Shown here: one piece after another, positions 12,317 through 25,300 of the stretch
Numbering within the stretch: the first letter of the stretch is position 1
How the letters are laid out: every line of letters begins with the position of its first letter
Assembly: GCF_044704955.1 (NCBI RefSeq)
Contig: NC_092003.1
Location: forward strand, 4,092,001 to 4,156,000
Length of the DNA: 64,000 nt
DNA from: Pristiophorus japonicus
Lineage: Eukaryota
Direction: 5' to 3'
Made by a program: the position numbers and the translations under genes
The notes under the pieces: generated by a model
Told to the model about the DNA's origin: nothing
The model's input: only the letters and a program-made list of their open reading frames with translations
Database searches by the model: none

Positions 12317-12650
12317 CAGCACTCCAGCCGCCTTACCATGCGCCTTCTCGAACTTACCACAACTCTCCCCGGAACTCCCGCCCCCTCATTCGCCGCGCCA
12401 CTTCCCCCCTCCCCGCCCGTTGGTCCACGCAATTGTCTATCAGCATCTGCAAGGCGGCACCTTCCCTCCGCCCACCCCGCCGGCCGCAGCCGCTCATTCG
12501 TTTAGACGCCCGTCAATCAAAAGGCGTTGTGACGTCTTTGTCGGCATGCCCTGCTGATTGGTGGCCGGCCGTCCGCCCGCACCGGCACGCAAACACCCGC
12601 CCCCCGCCCCCTGCTGATTGGTCCCGCCGGGCTGTCGATCACATTGCAGG
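12317..12650 (-). promoter_or_regulatory. STIP1 CpG-island promoter/5' UTR
   Basis: HSE-like TTCtcGAA at 12345-12352, several GC boxes (ccccgccc), CRE-like TGACGTC at 12530, two CCAAT boxes in a duplicated ccctgctgattggt (ATTGG at 12557 and 12617). Confidence 0.8.
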
Positions 12651-12759
12651 GTCAAAGATTGACAACTTGAGTTTGTAAATCAGACTTTCTGCAGTTGTGG
12701 CAAGGACCAGCTCAGATTTACAGTTTTACAGTGGAAAATCACAACAATTGTCCTCATCA

Positions 12760-14023
12760 AAGGGAAATCAGGCTTGACAAATCTTCTGGCATTTTTTGAG
12801 GATGTAACTAGCAGAGTGGACAAGGGAGAACCAGTGGATGTGGTGTATTTGGACTTTCAAAAGGCTTTTGACAAGGTCCCACACAAGAGATTAGTTTGCA
12901 AAATTGAAGCACATGGTTTTGGGGTTAATGTACTGACGTGGATAGAGAACTGGTTGGCAGACAGGAAGCAGAGAGTCGGGATAAACGGGTCCTTTTCAGA
13001 ATGGCAGGCAGTGACTAGTGGGGTGCCGCAGGGCTCAGTGCTGGGACCCCAGCTCTTTACAATATACATTAATGATTTTGATGAAGGAATTGAGTGTAAT
13101 ATATCCAAGTTTGCAGATGACACTAAGCTGGGTGGCGGTGTGAGCTGTGAGGAGGATGCTAGGAGGCTGCAGGGTGACTTGGACAGGTTAAGTGAGTGGG
13201 CAAATGCATGGCAGATGCAGTATAATGTGGATAAGTGTGAGGTTATCCATTTTGATGGCAAAAACAGGAAGGCAGATTATTATCTGAATGTTGTCAGATT
13301 AGTAAAAGGGGTGGTGCCACGAGACCTGGGTACATCAGTCATTGAAAGTAGGCATGCAGGTACAGCAGGCAGTAAAGAAAGCAAATGGCATATTGGCCTT
13401 CATAGCGAGGGAATTTGAGTATAGGAGCAGGGAGGTCTTACTGCAGTTGTACAGGGCCTTAGTGAGGCCTCACCTGGAATATTGTGTACCGTTTTGGTCT
13501 CACAATCTGAGGAAGGACATTCTTGCTATTGAGGGAGTGCAGCGAAGGTTCACCAGACTGATTCCCGGGATGGTTGGATTGACATATGAGGAGAGACTGG
13601 ATCGACTAGGCTTACATTCACTGGAATTTAGAAGAATGAGAGGGGATCTCATAGAAACATATAAAATTCTGATAGGATTCGACAGGTTAGATGTAGGAAG
13701 AATGTCCCCGATGTTGGGGAAGTCCAGAACCAGGGGTCACAGTCTAAGGATAAGGGGTAAGCCATTTAGGACCGAGATGAGGAGAAACTTCTTCACTCAG
13801 AGAATTGTGAACCTGTGGAATTCTATACCACAAAAAGTTGTTGAGGCCAGTTCGTTAGATATATTCAAAAGGGAGTTAGATGTGGCCCTTACGGCTAAAG
13901 GGATCAAGGGGTACGGAGAGAAAGCAGGAATGGGGTATTGAAGTTGCATGATCATAATGAATGGTGGTGCAGGCTCGAACGGCCGAGTGGTTTACTCCTG
14001 CGCCTACTTTCTATGTTTCTATG
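12760..14023 (+). mobile_element. CR1 LINE, 5'-truncated
   Basis: RT ORFs 12774-13941 with one frameshift; CR1 3' tail ending ctatgtttctatg. Confidence 0.96.
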
Positions 14024-14213
14024 ACTAAGTGTGCACCTTTGCAAATTTGAAAATGCATGCAAGAATCAGAACTTTTTTTAGCTTTCAATGAACCTCAGGC
14101 TCCATTTGCAATTAGTTTTCAGATTGCTGTCACGTTGAATAAATAATGTTGCACATTGCATGGGGCCTTTCAAATCCTTACAGCCAATGGAGTACTTCTG
14201 GAGTGCAGTTGCT

Positions 14214-14600
14214 GTCTCCTCTGAGGCAGTCCCTCGGAGCCGAGGATGACTTGCTCCCACACTGACGAAGGGTCGTCGACTCAAAACGTTAACTCTGCTT
14301 CTCTCTCCACAGATGCTGCCTGACCCGCTGAGATTTCCAGCATTCTCTGTTTTTATTTTGCTTCCACACTAATATGAGTACTCAGGTGACTGATGAGACC
14401 AATGCAGGATCTCCTGACGTTCCAGGTCCTGAACTTCATTTTAAAGGGGTGGAAGATGCCTGTGCGTGGATTCTTTTAACGTGGGGTGGCCGTTGCACAC
14501 CAGCCACCACACGGGCTTAACAGAGCAACGCCTTGGCCCAATGGCAAAGGGATCCAAGACAATCGGAGACCAGGCTCTGCTGCATAGGCATAGCACACAC
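14214..14600 (-). mobile_element. RTE-tail-bearing element, interrupted by a Penelope fragment
   Basis: Minus strand reads GTGGGAGCAAGTCATCCTCGGCTCCGAGGGACTGCCT, the same tail as the RTE at 2.8/4.65 kb. Confidence 0.6.
14264..14357 (+). mobile_element. Penelope-like element terminal fragment with degenerate hammerhead core
   Basis: CTGACGA-A-GGGTC-GTC-GACTC-AAAA-CGTT-AACTCTG...agatgctgcctgacccgctgagatttccagcattctctgtttttatt; flanked by a 13-bp duplication ttgctcccacact (14251-14263)/ttgcttccacact (14358-14370). Confidence 0.7.
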
Positions 14601-15579
14601 ACACATATTCTCTCCTGAAGATCCCTGTTCCCAGTGGGACATGATGAAGCTGCAAAGCTGCTTCCCTGACTATGAAGTGACAGTCCTTAAAACCTGCTGC
14701 GACAGTGTGACGGAGATTTCAACAGGCTGACCCAGCTGCTGCAATGAAGAAGTGCCAATCGATCAGAATGATTTGGACGAGAGGACTTTTTCTGTCATAA
14801 AGACAGAAAGCTCAGCAGTCAGTGCCATCATCTGTGTGTCCCCTCCGCCAGAACTCTTTTGATTTGTACTAGATTCCATTAGCTGTTGACAGAGTTCATC
14901 TTTTAATTCTGTTATTGAGTTGAGACAATAATGCGCATCTTCTGTGTCATAGGAAAGGGTGCAGGCCATTCAGCCCCTCAAGTCTGCTCCGCCATTCGTT
15001 GAGGTCACGGCTGATCTCTACCTCAACTCCTTTGTTCCATACTCTTTACCCAACAGTAAGCTGTCGATCAGGGATGCAAGTGGGTATGGGAAAACCATGG
15101 CATGCAGCGTGCCTGTAGATCTTTTAATGTCCATTGGCTCAATTTGCAATACAAAGTTAACATTTACCTTTAAGTGGCCACATCCAACGTTCCCTCGAAG
15201 CCTCGTGGCCGTGCAGCTCTCTGCCGCTCCTGTACAACCTTGGACCAGCTTTTCCAATGTTGAATTTTGCACATGTGCGAAATTGTGAATGGGCCACGCA
15301 CCCGAAAAACAAATTGGGGGACCGTTGGCCACATCCCTTTACTTTTCCCAAGCTTTATTTGGCTGAGCGCTTGACTGCATTTTCAATTTCAGCTGACACC
15401 ATGGCAAATCCTGGGAGACTGGATGAGGTGGAAAGTAGCAAGCACAAAGCTCCATTACATTGAAGGTTTTTATCAACCCATGGAAAAGTTACACGTTACG
15501 GAGAAACCCTTTAAAAGTAAAATCACCCTTAAAAGCATGATCAATGTGCTAATGTGTTTTATGCCTGTTTAGCCTCCGG

Positions 15580-16243
15580 GAGAGACCTTGGAGTGCAGGT
15601 CCACAGATCTCTGAAGGTAGCAGGCCAGGTAGATAAGGTGATTTAGAAGGCATTTAGCCGAGGTATAGAATATAAATGCATGGAGGTGATGCTTGAACTG
15701 TATAAAACACTGGTTAGGCCACAGCTAGAGTACTGCGTGCAGGAAATGTGTGATTGCACTGGAGAGGGTGCAGAGGAGATTTATTAGGATGTTGCCGGGA
15801 GTAGAGAATTTTAGCTATGAGGACAGATTGGATACATTGTTGTCCTTGGAACAGAGGAGACTGAGGGATGACCTTATTGAGGTGTATGAAATTATCAGGG
15901 GCCTAGATAGAATGGATGGGACCTATTTCCCTTAGCAGCGGGGTCAACAACCAGGGGGTATAGATTTAAAGTAATTGGTAGAAGGTTGAGAGGGGATTTG
16001 AGGGGAAATTTCTTCACACAGAGGGTGGTGGGGATCTGGAACTCACTGCCTGAAAAGGTGGTAGAGGCAGAAACTCTCATCACATTTAACAAGTACTTGG
16101 ATATGCACGTGAAGTGCCGTAACTTACAGGGCTACGGACCGAGAGCTGGAAAGTGAGATTAGGTTGGATAGCCTCTTGTTGGCCGGCATGGACACGATGG
16201 GCCGAAATGGCCTCCTTCCGTGCTGTAAATTTCTTTGATTCTA
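15580..16243 (+). mobile_element. CR1 LINE 3' fragment (different subfamily)
   Basis: IALERVQRRFIRMLPG...SLEQRRLRDDLIEVY; distinct 3' tail ending ctttgattctat. Confidence 0.9.
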
Positions 16244-16319
16244 TTCCTGCTGTCCCCCTCCCTCCTTCCCACAGGTCCTCTCTCCCGGGGTTTCACAGAA
16301 CGCAGTGTAGGCCTCCCGA

Positions 16320-19300
16320 CCTCTCTCCACTCTCCCATCCTGTGACAGTGGGAACTGTTGCTCTCCACTCTCTGTCCTGTGACAGTGGGAACTGGTGCTC
16401 TCCACTCTCCCATCCTGTGACAGTGGGAACTGGTGCTCTCCACTCTCTGTCCTGTGACAGTTGGAACTGGTGCTCTCCACTCTCCCGTCCTGTGACAGTG
16501 GGAACTGGTGCTCTCCACTCTCCCGTCCTGCGACAGTGGGAACTGGTGCTCTCCACTCTCTGTCCTGCGACAGTGGGAACTGGTGCTCTCCACTCTCCCG
16601 TCCTGTTACAGTGGGAACTGGTGCTCTCCACTCTCTGTCCTGTGACAGTGGGAACTGGTGCTCTCCACTCTCTCTCCTCTGACAGTTTGAACTGGTGCTC
16701 TCCACTCTCTGTCCTGCGACAGTCTGAACTGATGCTCTCCACTCTCTCTCCTGTGACAGTGGGAACTGGTGCTCTTCATTCTCCCGTCCTGTGACAGTTT
16801 GAACTGGTGCTCTCCACTCTCCCGTCCTGTGACAGATTGAACTGGTGCTCTCCACTCTCCCGTCCTGTGACAGTTTGAACTGGTGCTCTCCACTTTCCCG
16901 TCCTGTGACAGTGGGAACTGGTGCTCTCCAGTCTCTTTCCTGTGACAGCTGTACTTGTGCTCTCCACTCTCTGTCCTGTGACAGTGGGAATTGGTGCTCT
17001 CCACTCTCCTGTCCTGTGACAGTTTGAACTGATGCTCTCCACTCTCTGTCCTGTGACAGTGGGAACTGGTGCTCTCCACTCTCTCTCCTGTGACAGTTTG
17101 AACTGGTGCTCTCCACTCTCTGTCCTGCGACAGTCTGAACTGATGCTATCCACTCTCTCTCCTGTGACAGTGGGAACTGGTGCTCTCCATTCTCCCGTCC
17201 TGTGACAGTTTGAACTGGTGCTCTCCACTCTCCCGTCCTGTGACAGATTGAACTGGTGCTCTCCACTCTCCCGTCCTGTGACAGTTTGAACTGGTGCTCT
17301 CCAGTCTCTCTCCTGTGACAGCTGTACTTGTGCTCTCCACTCTCTGTCCTGTGACAGTGGGAACTGGTGCTCTCCACTCTCTCTCCTGTGACAGTTGGAA
17401 CTGGTGCTCTCCACTCTCTATCCTGTGACAGTGGGAATTGGTGCTCTCCACTCTCTCTCCCGTAACAGTTGGAACTGGTGCTCTCCACTCTCCCTGTCCT
17501 GCGACAGTGGGAATTGGTGCTCTCCACTCTCTCTCCCGTGACAGTGGGAACTGGTGCTCTCCACTCTCTATCCTGTGACAGTGGGAACTGGTGCTCTCCA
17601 CTCTCTGTCCTGTGACAGTTGGAACTGGTGCTCTCCACTCTCTGTCCTGTGACAGTTTGAACTGGTGCTCTCCACTCTCTGTCCTGTGACAGTGGGAACT
17701 GGTGCTCTCCACTCTCTATCCTGTGACAGCGGGAACTGGTGCTCTCCACTCTCTGTCCTGTGACAGTGGGAACTGGTGCTCTCCACTCTCTGTCCTGTGA
17801 CAGTGGGAACTGGTGCTCTCCACTCTCTGTCCTGTGACAGTTTGAACTGGTGCTCTCCACTCTCCCGTCCTGCGACAGTGGGAACTGGTGCTCTCCACTC
17901 TCTGTCCTGTGACAGTGGGAACTGGTGTTCTCCACTCTGTCTCCTGTGACAGTGGGAACTCGTGCTCTCCACTCTCCCGTCCTGTGACAGTGGGAACTGG
18001 TGCTCTCCACTCTCTGTCCTGTGACAGTGGGAACTGGTGCTCTCCACTCTCTGTCCTGTGACAGTTTGAACTGGTGCTCTCCACTCTCTGTCCTGTGACA
18101 GTGGGAACTGGTGTTCTCTACTCTCCCGTCCTGTGACAGTGGGACCTGGTGCTCTCCACTCTCTCTCCTGTGGCAGTTTGAACTGGTGCTCTCCACTTTC
18201 CCGTCCTGTGACAGTGGGAACTGGTGCTCTCTACTCTCCCGTTCTGTGACAGTGGGAACTGGTGCTCGCCACTCTCTCTCTTGTGACAGTGGGAATTGGT
18301 GCTCTCCACTCTCCCGTCCTGTGACAGTTGAAACTGGTGCTCTCCACTCTCCCATCCTGTGACAGTGGGAACTGGTGCTCTCCACTCTCCCATCCTGTGA
18401 CAGTTGAAACTGGTGCTCTCCACTCTCCCGTCCTGTGACAGTGGGAACTGGTGCTCTCCACTCTCTCTCCTGTGACAGTTTGAACTGGTGCTCTCCACTC
18501 TCCCGTCCTGTGACAGTGGGAACTGGTGCTCTCCACTCTCTCTCCTGTGACAGTGGGAACTGGTGCTCTCCACTCTCTCTCCTGTGACAGTGGGAACTGG
18601 TGCTCTCCACTCTCCCGTCCTGTGACAGTTGAAACTGGTGCTCTCCACTCTCCCGTCCTGTGACAGTTGAAACTGGTGCTCTCCACTCTCCCGTCCTGTA
18701 ACAGTGGGAACTGGTGCTCTCCACTCTCTCTCCTGTGACAGTGGGAACTGGTGCTCTCCACTCTCCCGTCCTGTGACAGTTGAAACTGGTGCTCTCCACT
18801 CTCCCGTCCTGTAACAGTGGGAACTGGTGCTCTCCACTCTCTGTCCTGTGACAGTTTGAACTGGTGCTCTCCACTCTCTCTCCTGTGACAGTTGGAACTG
18901 GTGCTCTCCACTCTCCCGTCCTGTAACAGTGGGAACTGGTGCTCTCCACTCTCTCTCCTGTGACAGTTTGAACTGGTGCTCTCCACTCTCCCGTCCTGTG
19001 ACAATGGGAACTGGTGCTCTCCAGTCTCTCTCCTGTGACAGTGGGAACTGGTGCTCTCCACTCTCTGTCCTGTGACAGTTTGAACTGGTGCTCTCCACTC
19101 TCCCGTGCTGTGACAGTTTGAACTGGTGCTCTCCACTCTCTGTCCTGTGACAGTGGGAACTGGTGCTCTCCACTCTCTGTCCTGTGACAGTGGGAACTGG
19201 TGCTCTCCACTCTCTGTCCTGTGCCAATGGGAACTGGTGCTCTCCACTCTCTGTCCTGTGACAGTGGGAACTGGTGCTCTCCACTCTCCTGTCCTGTGAC

Positions 19301-22300
19301 AGTTGTAACTGGTGCTCTCCACTCTCTGTCCTGTGACAGTGGGAACTGGTGCTCTCCACTCTCTGTCCTGTGACAGTTTGAACTGGTGCTCTCCACTCTC
19401 CCATCCTGTGACAGTGGGAACTGGTGCTCTCCACTCTCCCATCCTGTGACAGTGGGAACTGGTGCTCTCCACTCTCTGTCCTGTGACAGTGGGAACTGGT
19501 GCTCTCCACTCTCCCATCCTGTGACAGTGGGAACTGGTGCTCTCCACTCTCTGTCCGGTGACAGTTGGAACTGGTGCTCTCCACTCTCTGTCCTGTGACA
19601 GTGGGAACTGGTGCTCTCCACTCTCTGTCCTGTGACAGTGGGAACTGATGCTCTCCACTCTCCTGTCCTGTGACAGTTTGAACTGATGCTCTCCACTCTC
19701 TGTCCTGTGACAGTGGGAACTGGTGCTCTCCACTCTCCCGTCCTGTGACAGTTTGAACTGGTGCTCTCCACTCTCTGTCCTGCGACAGTCTGAACTTATG
19801 CTCTCCACTCTCCTGTCCTGTGACAGTTTGAACTGATACTCTCCACTCTCTGTCCTGTGACAATGGGAACTGGTGCTCTCCACTCTCTCTCCTGTGACAG
19901 TGGGAACTGGTGCTCTCCATTCACCCGTCCTGTGACAGTTTGAACTGGTGCTCTCCACTCTCCCATCCTGTGACAGTGGAAACTGGTGCTCTCCACTCTC
20001 CCGTCCTGTGACAGTGGAAACTGGTGCTCTCCACTCTCTGTCCTGTGACAGTTTGAACTGGTGCTCTCCACTCTCCCATCCTGTGACAGTGGGAACTGGT
20101 GCTCTCCACTCTCCCATCCTGTGACAGTGGGAACTGGTGCTCTCCACTCTCTGTCCTGTGACAGTGGGAACTGGTGCTCTCCACTCTCCCATCCTGTGAC
20201 AGTGGGAACTGGTGCTCTCCACTCTCTGTCCTGTGACAGTTGGAACTGGTGCTCTCCACTCTCCCGTCCTGTGACATTGGGAACTGGTGCTCTCCACTCT
20301 CCCGTCCTGCGACAGTGGGAACTGGTGCTCTCCACTCTCTGTCCTGTGACAGTGGGAACTGGTGCTCTCCACTCTCCCGTCCTGTGACAGTGGGAACTGG
20401 TGCTCTCCACTCTCTGTCCTGTGACAGTGGGAACTGGTGCTCTCCACTCTCTCTCCTGTGACAGTTTGAACTGGTGCTCTCCACTCTCTCTCCTGCGACA
20501 GTGGGAACTGGTGCTCTCCACTCTCCCGTCCTGCGACAGTGGGAACTGGTGCTCTCCACTCTCTGTCCTGTGACAGTGGGAACTGGTGCTCTCCAATCTC
20601 TGTCCTGTGACAGTGGGAACTGGTGCTCTCTACTCTCCCGTCCTGTGACAGTGGGAACTGGTGCTCTCCACTCTCTCTCCTGTGGCAGTTTGAACTGGTG
20701 CTCTCCACTTTCCCGTCCTGTGACAGTGGGAACTGGTGCTCTCTACTCTCCCGTCCTGTGACAGTGGGAACTGGTGCTCTCCACTCTCTCTCCTGTGACA
20801 GTGGGAACTGGTGCTCTCCACTCTCTCTCTTGCGACAGTGGGAATTGGTGCTCTCCACTCTCCCGTCCTGTGACAGTTGAAACTGGTGCTCTCCACTCTC
20901 CCATCCTGTGACAGTGGGAACTGGTGCTCTCCACTCTCCCATCCTGTGACAGTTGAAACTGGTGCTCTCCACTCTCCCGTCCTGTGACAGTGGGAACTGG
21001 TGCTCTCCACTCTCTCTCCTGTGACAGTGGGAACTGGTGCTCTCCACTCTCTCTCCTGTGACAGTTTGAACTGGTGCTCTCCACTCTCCCGTCCTGTGAC
21101 AGTTGAAACTGGTGCTCTCCACTCTCCCGTCCTGTAACAGTGGGAACTGGTGCTCTCCACTCTCTGTCCTGTGACAGTGGGAACTGGTGCTCTCCACTCT
21201 CTGTCCTGTGACAGTGGGAACTGGTGCTCTCCACTCGCTGTCCTGTGACAGTGGGAACTGATGCTCTCCACTCTCCTGTCCTGTGACAGTTTGAACTGAT
21301 GCTCTCCACTCTCTGTCCTGTGACAGTGGGAACTGGTGCTCTCCACTCTCTCTCCTGTGACAGTGGGAACTGGTGCTCTCCACTCTCTCTCTTGTGACAG
21401 TGGGAATTGGTGCTCTCCACTCTCCCGTCCTGTGACAGTTTGAACTGGTGCTCTCCACTCTCCCGTCCTGTGACAGTTGAAACTGGTGCTCTCCACTCTC
21501 CCGTCCTGTAACAGTGGGAACTGGTGCTCTCCACTCTCTGTCCTGTGACAGTGGGAACTGGTGCTCTCCACTCTCTGTCCTGTGACAGTGGGAACTGGTG
21601 CTCTCCACTCGCTGTCCTGTGACAGTGGGAACTGATGCTCTCCACTCTCCTGTCCTGTGACAGTTTGAACTGATGCTCTCCACTCTCTGTCCTGTGACAG
21701 TGGGAACTGGTGCTCTCCACTCTCTGTCCTGCGACAGTCTGAACTGATGCTCTCCACTCTCTCTCCTGTGACAGTGGGAACTGGTGCTCTCCATTCACCT
21801 GTCCTGTGACAGTTTGAACTGGTGCTCTCCACTCTCCCGTCCTGTGACAGTTTGAACTGGTGCTCTCCACTCTCCCGTCCTGTGACAGTGGGAACTGGTG
21901 CTCTCCAGTCTCTCTCCTGTGACAGCTGTACTTGTGCTCTCCACTCTCTGTCCTGTGACAGTGGGAACTGGTGCTCTCCACTCTCTGTCCTGTGACAGTG
22001 GGAACTGGTGCTCTCCACTCTCTGTCCTGTGACAGTTGGAACTGGTGCTCTCCACTCTCCCGTCCTGTGACAGTGGGAACTTGTGCTCTCCACTCTCCCG
22101 TCCTGCGACAGTGGGAACTGGTGCTCTCGACTCTCTGTCCTGTGACAGTGGGAACTGGTGCTCTCCACTCTCCCGTCCTGTGACAGTTTGAACTGGTGCT
22201 CTCCACTCTCCCGTCCTGTGACAGTTTGAACTGTGCTCTCCACTCTCTGTCCTGCGACAGTCTGAACTTATGCTCTCCACTCTCTCTCCTGTGACAGTGG

Positions 22301-25300
22301 GAACTGGTGCTCTCCATTCTCCCGTCCTGTGACAGTTTGAACTGGTGCTCTCCACTCTCCCGTCCTGTGACAGTTTGAACTGGTGCTCTCCACTCTCCCG
22401 TGCTGTGACAGTTTGAACTGGTGCTCTCCAGTCTCCCGTCCTGTGACAGTGGGAACTGGTGCTCTCCACTCTCTGTCCTGTGACAGTGGGAACTGGTGCT
22501 CTCCACTCTCTGTCCTGTGACAGTGGGAACTCGTGCTCTCCACTCTCTGTCCTGTGACAGTTGGAACTGGTGCTCTCCACTCTCTCTCCTGTGACAGTGG
22601 GAAGTGGTGCTCTCCACTCTCTCTCCTGTGACAGTGGGAACTGGTGCGCTCCACTCTCCCGTCCGGCGACAGTGGGAACTGGTGCTCTCCACTCTCTGTC
22701 CTGTGACAGTGGGAACTGGTGCTCTCCACTCTCCCGTCCTGTGACAGTGGGAACTGGTGCTCTCCACTGTCTGTCCTGTGACAGTGGGAACTGGTGCTCT
22801 CCATTCTTCCGTCCTGTGACAGTGGGAACTGGTGCTCTCCACTCTCTCTCCTGTGACAGTTTGAACTGGTGCTCTCCACTCTCCCGTCCTGTGACAGTTG
22901 AAACTGGTGCTCTCCACTCTCCCGTCCTGTAACAGTGGGAACTGGTGCTCTCCACTCTCTGTCCTGTGACAGTTTGAACTGGTGCTCTCCACTCTCTCTC
23001 CTGTGACAGTTTGAACTGGTGCTCTCCATTCTCTGTCCTGTGACAGTGGGAACTGGTGCTCTCCACTCTCTGTCCTGTGACAGTTGAACTGGTGCTCTCC
23101 ACTCTCTCTCCTGTGACAGTTTGAACTGGTGCTCTCCACTCTCCCGTGCTGTGACAGTTTGAACTGGTGCTCTCCACTCTCCCGTGCTGTGACAGTGGGA
23201 ACTGGTGCTCTCCACTCTCTGTCCTGTGACAATGGGAACTGGTGCTCTCCACTCTCTGTCCTGTGACAGTGGGAACTGGTGCTCTCCACTCTGTCCTGTG
23301 ACAGTTGGAACTGGTGCTCTCCACTCTCCTGTCCTGTGACAGTTGTAACTGGTGCTCTCCACTCTCCCATCCTGTGACAGTGGGAACTGGTGCTCTCCAC
23401 TCTCTGTCCTGTGACAGTTTGAACTGGTGCTGTCCACTCTCCCATCCTGTGACAGTGGGAACTGGTGCTCTCCACTCTCCCATCCTGTGACAGTGGGAAC
23501 TGGTGCTCTCCACTCTCTGTCCTGTGACAGTGGGAACTGGTGCTCTCCACTCTCCCATCCTGTGACAGTGGGAACTTGTGCTCTCCACTCTCTGTCCTGT
23601 GACAGTTGGAACTGGTGCTCTCCACTCTCTGTCCTGTGACAGTGGGAACTGGTGCTCTCCACTCTCTGTCCTGTGACAGTGGGAACTGATGCTCTCCACT
23701 CTCCTGTCCTGTGACAGTTTGAACTGATGCTCTCCACTCTCTGTCCTGTGACAGTGGGAACTGGTGCTCTCCACTCTCCCGTCCTGTGACAGTTTGAACT
23801 GGTGCGCTCCACTCTCTGTCCTGCGACAGTCTGAACTTATGCTCTCCACTCTCCTGTCCTGTGACAGTTTGAACTGATGCTCTCCACTCTCTGTCCTGTG
23901 ACAATGGGAACTGGTGCTCTCCACTCTCTCTCCTGTGACAGTGGGAACTGGTGCTCTCCATTCACCCGTCCTGTGACAGTTTGAACTGGTGCTCTCCACT
24001 CTCCCATCCTGTGACAGTGGAAACTGGTGCTCTCCACTCTCCCGTCCTGTGACAGTGGAAACTGGTGCTCTCCACTCTCTGTCCTGTGACAGTTTGAACT
24101 GGTGCTCTCCACTCTCCCATCCTGTGACAGTGGGAACTGGTGCTCTCCACTCTCCCATCCTGTGACAGTGGGAACTGGTGCTCTCCACTCTCTGTCCTGT
24201 GACAGTGGGAACTGGTGCTCTCCACTCTCCCATCCTGTGACAATGGGAACTGGTGCTCTCCACTCTCTCTCCTGTGACAGTGGGAACTGGTGCTCTCCAT
24301 TCACCCGTCCTGTGACAGTTTGAACTGGTGCTCTCCACTCTCCCATCCTGTGACAGTGGAAACTGGTGCTCTCCACTCTCCCGTCCTGTGACAGTGGAAA
24401 CTGGTGCTCTCCACTCTCTGTCCTGTGACAGTTTGAACTGGTGCTCTCCACTCTCCCATCCTGTGACAGTGGGAACTGGTGCTCTCCACTCTCCCATCCT
24501 GTGACAGTGGGAACTGGTGCTCTCCACTCTCTGTCCTGTGACAGTGGGAACTGGTGCTCTCCACTCTCCCATCCTGTGACAGTGGGAACTGGTGCTCTCC
24601 ACTCTCTGTCCTGTGACAGTTGGAACTGGTGCTCTCCACTCTCTGTCCTGTGACAGTTGGAACTGGTGCTCTCCACTCTCCCGTCCTGTGACATTGGGAA
24701 CTGGTGCTCTCCACTCTCCCGTCCTGCGACAGTGGGAACTGGTGCTCTCCACTCTCTGTCCTGTGACAGTGGGAACTGGTGCTCTCCACTCTCCCGTCCT
24801 GTGACAGTGGGAACTGGTGCTCTCCACTCTCTGTCCTGTGACAGTGGGAACTGGTGCTCTCCACTCTCTCTCCTGTGACAGTTTGAACTGGTGCTCTCCA
24901 CTCTCTCTCCTGTGACAGTGGGAACTGGTGCTCTCCACTCTCCGTCCTGTGACAGTGGGAACTGGTGCTCTCCACTCTCTATCCTGTGACAGTGGGAACT
25001 GGTGCTCTCTACTCTCCCGTCCTGTGACAGTGGGAACTGGTGCTCTCCACTCTCTCTCCTGTGGCAGTTTGAACTGGTGCTCTCCACTTTCCCGTCCTGT
25101 GACAGTGGGAACTGGTGCTCTCTACTCTCCCGTCCTGTGACAGTGGGAACTGGTGCTCTCCACTCTCTCTCCTGTGACAGTGGGAACTGGTGCTCTCCAC
25201 TCTCTCTCTTGTGACAGTGGGAATTGGTGCTCTCCACTCTCCCGTCCTGTGACAGTTGAAACTGGTGCTCTCCACTCTCCCATCCTGTGACAGTGAGAAC

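Noticed and set aside
14533-15463. Short ORFs and a near-palindrome aattttgcacatgtgcgaaatt at ~15263
   Set aside because: No recognisable protein or splice structure; likely decayed transposon sequence that cannot be assigned
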